From an uncultured Gammaproteobacteria bacterium (GTDB taxonomy: Bacteria > Patescibacteriota > Microgenomatia > UM-FILTER-40-11), in contig CAYVNK010000002.1 of NCBI GenBank assembly GCA_964452885.1, forward strand, positions 1 through 32,046: 32,046 bases of DNA, in the 5' to 3' direction. How positions within the stretch are numbered: position 1 is the stretch's first letter; each line of letters begins with the position of its first letter. Shown here piece after piece: positions 16,066 through 22,419 of this stretch. The position numbers and the translations under genes are program-made. The notes under the pieces were generated by a model that saw only the letters and a list, made by a program, of their open reading frames with translations, was not told the origin of the DNA and made no database searches.

Positions 16066-17784
16066 ATGCCCGGTTCCCTTATTTTAAGTGATCTTCTGCT
16101 CATCCTTTTAAGTGCTTTTTTGGGCGGTGTTCTGGCCAGGAAGTTAAAACAACCGGCGATTTTGGGCTATCTTTTTTCCGGCATCGTGGTTTCATTTCTA
16201 ATGAACTTTTGGGGCGCGAGTAAAACCAGCCTAAACTTTCTGGCGGAAATCGGCACGGCACTTTTGATGTTTACTTTAGGTTTGGAATTTTCTTTCAAAA
16301 AAAGCGAGCGTTTAAGAACAAATATTATTCAGGCTTCCGTCCTCTGGATTTTAGCGATTATTTTTTTAGGCAGTTTACTCTTGCATTTTGTTTTTAAGTT
16401 CAATCTTAAATCTTCCTTGATAATGGCCGCCGCTTTTTCTATTTCTTCCACCGCCATTGTGGTTAAGTTACTTGAGGAAAAGGGGCTGTCGGAAAGCCTT
16501 CAGGGAAATATTATGTATGGCTCGATCATGACGCAGGATTTGGCGGTTTTGCCAGTTCTCTGTCTTTTTACCCTTTTTTTTGGTGAAGCGCCGATTGAGG
16601 TAAAAATTATTTCCTTGTCCAAAATTGTCGTGGTTTTGGAATTGGCTTTGATTTTTTCCCAGAAAATTGCCTCCAAGGTGGGCGATTTTGTGGCTGGATT
16701 AAAAAGCCGAGAACTTTTGTTACTATTTTCGATTGCCTTAGTTTTTTTGTTCTCAATGTTTACCGCCAGCTTTGGTTTTTCCCTGGCCTTGGGCGCTTTT
16801 TTGGCCGGATTGGTATTGAGTCAGACCAATGAAAATTTAGCCATTTTTTCGGAAGTTCGTCCTTTGCGGGATGTTTTTTTGGTGATTTTTTTTGTATCTT
16901 TGGGCTCCAGTTTAGCGCCTTCGTTTTTACTTGCCAATTGGCTGACTATTTTGGTTCTTTCCGGTTTAATCCTGCTTTTGAAAATTGTTTTAGGAATTTT
17001 AATTTTGGGTCATTTCGGTTATCATGCCAAAACAATTCTTCGGGTTTCTTTGGGGCTGGCGCAAGCGGGGGAGTTTTCTTTTACCTTGGCGGCAGTGGCC
17101 TTTTCCGGCCACTTTTTGGACGAGGACAGTTATCTTTTGGTTATTTCGGTTGCTTTGTTAACCATGGTTCTGACTCCGTGGCTTTTTTCTTTGGCAGACA
17201 TACTTTATAAAAAATGTTGCCCATTTTTGAAAAGGTTTCCTTTCCTTTACGAAAAATATTGTGCTCGAAAAATTCAAGAATCCCCGATGGACGAATTGCC
17301 TTTTACTAACCATGTCGTCATTCTCGGATATGGCCGAGTGGGGAAGTGGATCGGCAGTCTTTTGGACAAAGCCAAAATTCCTTATTTGGTGGTTGAGTAT
17401 AATCCTCACATTGTCAGAAGACTTAAGATGGAAGGAAAGAGAGTCATTTTTGGCGACCCGACAGACATTGACGTGCTTGATTTTGCCCAAGTGGATAAAG
17501 CAAGACTGGCCGTTATCGCCATACCGGATCCGGTGACTCAGAGAATTGTTTTGGGAAACTGTAAAACGCTTAATCCTGAGATTTCCATTATTTGTCGGTC
17601 GCACATCGAAGAAGATTATCAAATACTTAAAGAATTGGGGGCGGACGAAATAGTCCAACCGGAGTTTGAAACGGCTCTGTCGATGACCCATCAAATATTT
17701 GAACGATTCGGTTTTAATAAGGAAGAAATTCAAAAGAAAATTAAGGAAATCAGAAATGACCGCGAAGAAAATGAAAAAAAATAA
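16066..17784 (+). CDS. CPA2-family monovalent cation:proton antiporter with C-terminal RCK/TrkA-N domain (Kef-like)
   Basis: About 12 TM helices of Na+/H+ exchanger type, followed by a Rossmann motif VVILGYGRVGKWIG and an RCK-like domain. Confidence 0.85.
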   Translation: MPGSLILSDLLLILLSAFLGGVLARKLKQPAILGYLFSGIVVSFLMNFWGASKTSLNFLAEIGTALLMFTLGLEFSFKKSERLRTNIIQASVLWILAIIFLGSLLLHFVFKFNLKSSLIMAAAFSISSTAIVVKLLEEKGLSESLQGNIMYGSIMTQDLAVLPVLCLFTLFFGEAPIEVKIISLSKIVVVLELALIFSQKIASKVGDFVAGLKSRELLLLFSIALVFLFSMFTASFGFSLALGAFLAGLVLSQTNENLAIFSEVRPLRDVFLVIFFVSLGSSLAPSFLLANWLTILVLSGLILLLKIVLGILILGHFGYHAKTILRVSLGLAQAGEFSFTLAAVAFSGHFLDEDSYLLVISVALLTMVLTPWLFSLADILYKKCCPFLKRFPFLYEKYCARKIQESPMDELPFTNHVVILGYGRVGKWIGSLLDKAKIPYLVVEYNPHIVRRLKMEGKRVIFGDPTDIDVLDFAQVDKARLAVIAIPDPVTQRIVLGNCKTLNPEISIICRSHIEEDYQILKELGADEIVQPEFETALSMTHQIFERFGFNKEEIQKKIKEIRNDREENEKK

Positions 17785-18649
17785 TCGTAAAAAAATTTTT
17801 TTTGGGTCGCCGATCTTTGTTGGGGCATTTTTAGTTTTTTTGTTGCTTTTAGTTTTTGGGGTAATAAAAATGGTGATTTCTTTTAAAAATACTTCGCTCA
17901 GACGGTTTTCCCGGACGAGTTTCGTTTTAATCGACAGAAAAGGGGAACTTTTAATTTTTTCCTCGGAAAGGAAACTGGGTCAGATTTATTTTCTACCGGC
18001 AGAAACAGTGGAGGTTGGTAGAGGTTTTGGAGAGTACGAATGGCGCAAGATATACGGCTTAGGCGAGCTGGAAAAAAAAGGAGGACTGTTGGTTTCCGAA
18101 ACGATTCGGAAGAATTTAAACATCGCTATTTTCGGTTACTTTTATGACGGTAACAAAGAGGCGGATTATTACCGGAAAAACCCGTCAAAGCTTTTCCGAA
18201 ATGTATTTTGGCAAGCTTTAACCGGTAAGGTGAAAACAGATTTGGGAAAGATTGATCTTTTTCTGCTTTATTTGCGCGCTTTAAGCCTTAATAAAAGCCT
18301 TCTTGAGATTGATGATTATTCCGGTCGGGAGAATATCGCCGACAGCAAAATCAGTGAAGAGTCGCTGGCTTTGGAAGTTCTCAATGCTACTTTGCATAAT
18401 GGCTTGGCGCAAGAAGCCGCAAATTTTTTGGAAAAGTCGGGCGTTAGAGTGATTCGCAGCGCCGACGCTTTAAAGCCGGAAGAAAATTGTAAAATTAAAT
18501 CAGAAGTAGAGTTTAAAGAAAGTTATACACTTTTTTGGGTAAAAAGGTTTTTCCCTTGTAGAGTAATTTTTAACAAGGACGGTTCGCGGGCGGATATAAC
18601 CGTGATTTTGGGGGAAGACTACTGGAAAAGAGGGGTAGACAAGTGGTAA
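17756..18649 (+). CDS. Membrane-anchored LytR_C-domain protein
   Basis: Basic N-terminus plus a TM helix. The C-terminal LEVLNATLHNGLAQEAANFLEKSGVRVI resembles the LytR cell-envelope-related C-terminal domain. The start could be 17756 or 17771. Confidence 0.6.
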   Translation: MTAKKMKKNNRKKIFFGSPIFVGAFLVFLLLLVFGVIKMVISFKNTSLRRFSRTSFVLIDRKGELLIFSSERKLGQIYFLPAETVEVGRGFGEYEWRKIYGLGELEKKGGLLVSETIRKNLNIAIFGYFYDGNKEADYYRKNPSKLFRNVFWQALTGKVKTDLGKIDLFLLYLRALSLNKSLLEIDDYSGRENIADSKISEESLALEVLNATLHNGLAQEAANFLEKSGVRVIRSADALKPEENCKIKSEVEFKESYTLFWVKRFFPCRVIFNKDGSRADITVILGEDYWKRGVDKW

Positions 18650-18664
18650 AATCAAGGCTGACAC

Positions 18665-19399
18665 ATGAGCGGACATTCTAAATGGGCCAATATTCATCGG
18701 GAAAAAGAAGTCACTGACCAAAAACGCGGTCAAGAATTTACCAAGATTACCAACGCTATTATGGTGGCGGTGCGTGATTCCGGCGGCGTTACGGATTCAG
18801 GACAAAACTTCAAGCTTAGATTAGCCATGGAAAAGGCCAGGTCGCTCAATATGCCCAAAGAAAACGTTCAACGGGCGATTGACCGGGCGGCCGGTAAGGG
18901 CGAAGGGATGGTTATCAGTGAAGTGGTCTATGAAGGTTACGGTCCGGGTGGAGTGGGAATTTTGGTGGAAACGGCGACTGATAACAAGCAAAGAACGGTT
19001 CAGGAAATAAAAAATATTTTTGACCGGAGTGGGGGAAGCATTACTTCTCCGGGTGCAGTTGCCTTTAATTTCAAAAAAGTGGGGATAATCGTGGTTCCTT
19101 TTTCCGGCGACAAAGAGGAAGCAACTTTAAAAATTATCGACCTTGGTGTCGAAGAAGTGGAAGACGGGAAAGAAGGGGAATTGGTGATTTTCGTTGATCC
19201 CAGCGCTTTGGAAGCAACTAAAGAAGCGCTTGCCAACGCGGGTTTTGTTCCTAAGTCGGTGGAATTGGCAATGAAACCAATTAATACCGTACCGGTAACT
19301 GACAAAAAAATTGCCGAACAAGTTTTTTCTTTGATCGAAAAATTGGAGGCCATGGATGATGTGCAAAAAGTTTATGCAAACATAGTTTTATGTTTCTGA
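18665..19399 (+). CDS. yebC: YebC/PmpR-family DNA-binding regulator
   Basis: MSGHSKWANIHREK... N-terminus; 244 aa, typical family length and blocks (VYEGYGPGGVGILVE). Confidence 0.9.
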   Translation: MSGHSKWANIHREKEVTDQKRGQEFTKITNAIMVAVRDSGGVTDSGQNFKLRLAMEKARSLNMPKENVQRAIDRAAGKGEGMVISEVVYEGYGPGGVGILVETATDNKQRTVQEIKNIFDRSGGSITSPGAVAFNFKKVGIIVVPFSGDKEEATLKIIDLGVEEVEDGKEGELVIFVDPSALEATKEALANAGFVPKSVELAMKPINTVPVTDKKIAEQVFSLIEKLEAMDDVQKVYANIVLCF

Positions 19400-20163
19400 C
19401 TAAACGCCGCAAATTCATTTTTTGTTCTATTTTATTGACTGGCGGATTAACTCTAATTCAATTAGGAGTGATGCCTTCCCGATATCTGGCTATTTTTATT
19501 CTCTCTTTTTTAACTATTCCTTTAACTCTTTGGTCGTTGAAAGAATCCTTACACGGTCCGATCTGGCTGACTTCCTGGATTTTACCCTTACTTTTTACCA
19601 CCGGAGTCGGTCTTTTTTATTTTCTCCTACCCGGAAGTTTGCTTTCAGCCATTCCCATCATTATTATTTATTTTTTGGGAATGTACGCTCTTTTTTTAAG
19701 CGAAAATATTTTTGCGGTGGCGGCGATAAGAACGATTCAACTTTTTCGTTCGGCTTCCGCTGTCAGTTTTCTTTTGACTTTGGTTGCTTCCTTTTTTCTT
19801 TATGATACTGTTTTTTCCTTCCGTCTCCCGTTTTATTATAACGGCCTTTTGGTTTTTATCATTTCTTTTTTTCTTTTTCTTCAGGGAATTTGGTCAGTGA
19901 ATTTGGAAGAAAAAATTAGTTTTTCGGTTTTTTTATATTCTTTTTTTCTTTCTTTGGGAATGGGGGAGATTGCGCTGGTTTATTCGCTTTGGCCGACCGC
20001 CATTACTTTGAGTTCACTTTTTTTAACCACGCTCATTTATGTTTCTTTAGGTATTGTTCAGGCTAAATTAAATGACCGGCTTTTTAAAAAGATAGTGCTG
20101 GAGTATTTGGCGGTGGGCTTGGTGGTGCTTCTCGTTCTTTTTGGCCTTACCCAATGGGGATAA
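19390..20163 (+). CDS. Polytopic membrane protein of unknown function
   Basis: 257 aa with about 8 hydrophobic helices. It overlaps the yebC stop by 10 nt. I recognised no motif. Confidence 0.55.
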   Translation: MFLTKRRKFIFCSILLTGGLTLIQLGVMPSRYLAIFILSFLTIPLTLWSLKESLHGPIWLTSWILPLLFTTGVGLFYFLLPGSLLSAIPIIIIYFLGMYALFLSENIFAVAAIRTIQLFRSASAVSFLLTLVASFFLYDTVFSFRLPFYYNGLLVFIISFFLFLQGIWSVNLEEKISFSVFLYSFFLSLGMGEIALVYSLWPTAITLSSLFLTTLIYVSLGIVQAKLNDRLFKKIVLEYLAVGLVVLLVLFGLTQWG

Positions 20164-20252
20164 ACTTCAAGGGGTTTACCCTGTGAGGGACGAGGGGAGA
20201 GGGTGAGTCAAATAGACCTATAATAAGACAGCCTATATACATAATTATTGGC

Positions 20253-20285
20253 CTTTTTCACGAACCTATAGTTTCTTTTCACGAA
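20253..20285. repeat. Direct repeat CTTTT(T)CACGAA x2, bracketed by TTGGC
   Basis: TTGGC(20248-52)-CTTTTTCACGAA(20253-64)-cctatagttt-CTTTTCACGAA(20275-85)-TTGGC(20286-90). The TTTTCACGAA cores are 21 nt apart. Confidence 0.8.
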
Positions 20286-20445
20286 TTGGCAAAGAAAACC
20301 CGAATCTGCCAAGAATGGTAAAAAAACAAATTGAGGCGTCAAGAGGCGGCAATTATGTTTAAATGATATAGTTTGATAGCAATAACTGTACCCGATTGTG
20401 GATAACTACCCGTTTTTTTTCTGGCAAATCAGCCTTGATCCAAGT

Positions 20446-20469
20446 GTCTCCGGGGGAGGCTTATTTTTT
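20446..20469 (+). terminator. Candidate intrinsic terminator inside the non-coding region
   Basis: Stem GTCTCC/GGAGGC (6 bp including one G:U), GGG loop, then TTATTTTTT (20461-20469). It lies about 280 nt after the nearest upstream stop codon. Confidence 0.4.
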
Positions 20470-20589
20470 CAAAACAACCTGGAATACAGGGTAAAAAATA
20501 ATAATTAATAGTGGAAATACTTTAGAGAAGGGTGAGATATTTGGTCATTGCTGTTCCCGACAGCCGTTTAGGGGCATTTTAGCCGGTCC

Positions 20590-20619
20590 TTGACAAGCAG
20601 TCCCGTTAGATAGTATACT
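20590..20619 (+). promoter_or_regulatory. Near-consensus promoter for the LAGLIDADG-recombinase operon
   Basis: TTGACA (20590-20595), 18 nt, TATACT (20614-20619). A leader of about 45-50 nt carries GGAG (20661-20664) 7 nt before the ATG at 20672. Confidence 0.55.
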
Positions 20620-20636
20620 CATACCGACTGAGTATA
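20614..20636. promoter_or_regulatory. Palindromic candidate operator overlapping the -10 and start site
   Basis: TATACTC (20614-20620), N9, GAGTATA (20630-20636): perfect 7-bp inverted arms. Confidence 0.4.
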
Positions 20637-20671
20637 ATACCTCAAATGTTTAGTCCAAAAGGAGCCGAAGA

Positions 20672-21166
20672 ATGAATGTTTTATCCCCTACGCAAAAAGC
20701 CTGGTTAGCTGGTTTTATAGACGGTGAAGGTTTTATTGGGATTACCTTTCAAAGAAAAAAAGAAAACAAAATTCAGTCCGCAAGCCCCCTATATCATCCT
20801 TATCTTGTTGTTACTAACACCAACCAAAATTCAATCCAGTATATTCAAAATCTCGTGGGTGATGGTAAAGTTTACAAGTTTAAAGCACGTAATCACCTTT
20901 GCTCCCCTGCTTTTCAGTATAAACTGACAAAAGGGGAAGTCCTTTTAGGTTTGCTAAAAGGGATTGAGCCTTTTTTTGTGGTTAAGAAAGAGCAAAGCAG
21001 CCTTGTGATTGAATATTTAAATTTAAGACGCGAGCGAGTGATAATTACCGGTGGCGGTAGTCGTGGCAAGACTTCATTTTCTCTTGAGGAGGAAGATATT
21101 TATCAGAAGTTATTATCTTTAAATAAGCGTGGAGAAAGGATTAAAAATGGAGTTACCTCATCTTGA
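20672..21166 (+). CDS. Single-motif LAGLIDADG homing-endonuclease-family protein, free-standing
   Basis: WLAGFIDGEGFIGITF near the N-terminus with the acidic residue retained (E). At 164 aa it matches the size of homodimeric I-CreI-type enzymes. A KKEQ helix block follows. It has its own SD. Confidence 0.85.
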   Translation: MNVLSPTQKAWLAGFIDGEGFIGITFQRKKENKIQSASPLYHPYLVVTNTNQNSIQYIQNLVGDGKVYKFKARNHLCSPAFQYKLTKGEVLLGLLKGIEPFFVVKKEQSSLVIEYLNLRRERVIITGGGSRGKTSFSLEEEDIYQKLLSLNKRGERIKNGVTSS

Positions 21167-22094
21167 TGATTTTCTTTTGCATCTTAAAGTAAATAATTAT
21201 TCTGCGGAGACAATTTATAACTATGAACTGGATTTAAAAGTTTTTCAATTGTTCTTAAACGAAGAAGCTAAAATTAGTGATTTTAACGGCATTTCAAAGA
21301 AGACAATTGAACTTTATAAAGCATATATGGCTTCAAAAGATCGAAAAACGGCAGGAGGAGAAAAAGCCCAGGGAAATCTAGCCAGCGGTTCACTTAACCG
21401 TTGCCTTTCTTCGCTCAGGGGTTATCTCAAATATTTGATTGAAATGGATTATCCCTGTCCAATTCCACCGGAAGTTATCAAGATGATTAAAACAGAAAAG
21501 AGACACGCTCGGGTCGCAGAATTTGACGACTTAATTCGGTTAATCGAGTCGCCGGCTTATTTAGAAAACAATCCCTTAATCGCGTTAAGAAATCAGACGC
21601 TGATGGAAGTTTTATTTTCGACCGGTATGAGAATTTCGGAACTGTGTAAACTAAACCGGGCGGATATTGATGGGACCGGAAAAATTTTCATTATGGGCAA
21701 GGGCAAAAAGGAACGATTTGTTTATCTAACTCCTCGAGCTCAAACTTTCTTAGAACGCTACCTCGAAAGTCGGGAGGATGCCCTACAACCGCTTTTTATT
21801 CCCTATAGCGGTCCCAATGTATCTTCAAATAAAAGAAGATTATCAACCAACTATATTCAGATGAAAATTAAAGAATATCGGGAAAAATTAAAAATTAATG
21901 TCCCGACAAGTGCTCATTCGTTAAGACACGGATTTGCCACTTACTTGGCGGAAAAAGGGGCCAGTCCGGTAGCGATACAAATTCTTTTAGGACACGAATC
22001 TTTAGACACGACAACGCGTTATGTTCATGCTTCCGATAAATTTGCCGAAGAAACCCACCGCAAATTCCACCCGCTTTCTGAAGTAAAAAAATAA
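21147..22094 (+). CDS. Tyrosine site-specific recombinase, XerC/XerD-like
   Basis: N-terminal SAM-like core-binding domain (FLLHLKVNNYSAETIYNYELDL). Catalytic residues present: R (TGMRISEL), K (GKGKKER), HSLRH, GHES, Y (TRYVH). The ATG at 21147 is preferred (GGAGAAAGGA 6 nt upstream). It overlaps the LAGLIDADG 3' end by 20 nt. Confidence 0.85.
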   Translation: MELPHLDDFLLHLKVNNYSAETIYNYELDLKVFQLFLNEEAKISDFNGISKKTIELYKAYMASKDRKTAGGEKAQGNLASGSLNRCLSSLRGYLKYLIEMDYPCPIPPEVIKMIKTEKRHARVAEFDDLIRLIESPAYLENNPLIALRNQTLMEVLFSTGMRISELCKLNRADIDGTGKIFIMGKGKKERFVYLTPRAQTFLERYLESREDALQPLFIPYSGPNVSSNKRRLSTNYIQMKIKEYREKLKINVPTSAHSLRHGFATYLAEKGASPVAIQILLGHESLDTTTRYVHASDKFAEETHRKFHPLSEVKK

Positions 22095-22103
22095 TATATA
22101 AAA

Positions 22104-22349
22104 TTAATTAATCTGTCTCTCTTTTTCTTGTACAAATTTTTGTACTAACCCCTTAAGTCCTATCTGAATTAAAAGGGCAACAATTCCCGGAGAAAGAGGA
22201 ATCTCTTCAATTTCTTTGGTTTCTTGTTTATAGAAACGGGGTTGGATTACATTAATCATGGGAATTGGCCAATAGTGAAAAGTGATTTTTTTAGGCAAGC
22301 GAATAAAATAATTTTTTTCAGGCTTAAAAGACGAGTATTCTGGGGTCAT
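22104..22349 (-). CDS. Small protein of unknown function (81 aa)
   Basis: The ORF has its own promoter with the same -10/6 nt/ATG geometry as other genes here. It has a hydrophobic or amphipathic segment PGIVALLIQIGLKGLV. I recognised no family. Confidence 0.5.
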   Translation of the reverse strand: MTPEYSSFKPEKNYFIRLPKKITFHYWPIPMINVIQPRFYKQETKEIEEIPLSPGIVALLIQIGLKGLVQKFVQEKERQIN

Positions 22350-22355
22350 GGCGAT

Positions 22356-22384
22356 ATCTTAAAAGAAAGGAGGCTTAAAGTCAA
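22356..22384 (-). promoter_or_regulatory. Promoter for the 81-aa ORF, predicted leaderless
   Basis: On the minus strand: TTGACT (22384-22379), 17 nt, TAAGAT (22361-22356), 6 nt, ATG (22349). Confidence 0.45.
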
Positions 22385-22398
22385 ATTGTTAGGGAAAG

Positions 22399-22419
22399 AA
22401 AGAATAAAAATTATTCTTT
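22399..22419 (-). terminator. Weak A/T-rich hairpin at the gyrA stop, possible terminator
   Basis: AAAGAATAA/TTATTCTTT 9-bp stem with a 3-nt loop; it includes the gyrA TAA and is followed by CTTTCCC on the minus strand. The stem is weak. Confidence 0.3.

Noticed and set aside
17158-17733. 191-aa ORF on the - strand
   Set aside because: It lies antisense within the RCK domain of the antiporter gene, whose motifs are clear. It has no promoter or SD. Other shadow ORFs fall in the same class: 222..596, 8236..8604, 8922..9376, 19000..19366, 19422..19805, 22457..23173, 24000..24475, 26671..27000 and 31346..31658.
18644-18664. Extended -10 (TGGTAAAAT) 12 nt before the yebC ATG as an eighth near-leaderless promoter
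   Set aside because: It has no acceptable -35, its spacing differs from the other seven cases, and an AGG lies 9 nt upstream of the ATG. It is too ambiguous to count.
20315-20362. 15-codon mini-ORF (MVKKQIEASRGGNYV) in the non-coding region
   Set aside because: It has no SD and no -10 at the leaderless distance, and nothing else supports it.
20347-20364. dif-like site: TTATGTTTAAAT resembles the XerD arm TTATGTTAAAT of E. coli dif
   Set aside because: The required partner arm (..ATAA, 6 nt upstream) is absent; the sequence there is GCGTCAAGAGG-CGGCAA. There is also an extra T relative to the consensus, and such strings are likely by chance in AT-rich DNA.
20164-20590. tmRNA, RNase P RNA, SRP RNA or 6S RNA in the long non-coding region
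   Set aside because: None of the hallmark strings I looked for is present on either strand: a tRNA-like GGTTCGA...CCA end, GAGGAAAGTCC / ACAGAA..GGCTTA P4 elements, or an SRP GGAA/AGCA domain IV. This was only an eyeball check.
20164-21166. Group I intron, or an interrupted rRNA/tRNA gene, hosting the LAGLIDADG ORF
   Set aside because: There are no rRNA-like or tRNA-like exon sequences on either side. The ORF has its own promoter and SD and runs straight into the recombinase gene. I could not trace a P3-P8 core by eye, but a covariance-model scan would be the proper test.
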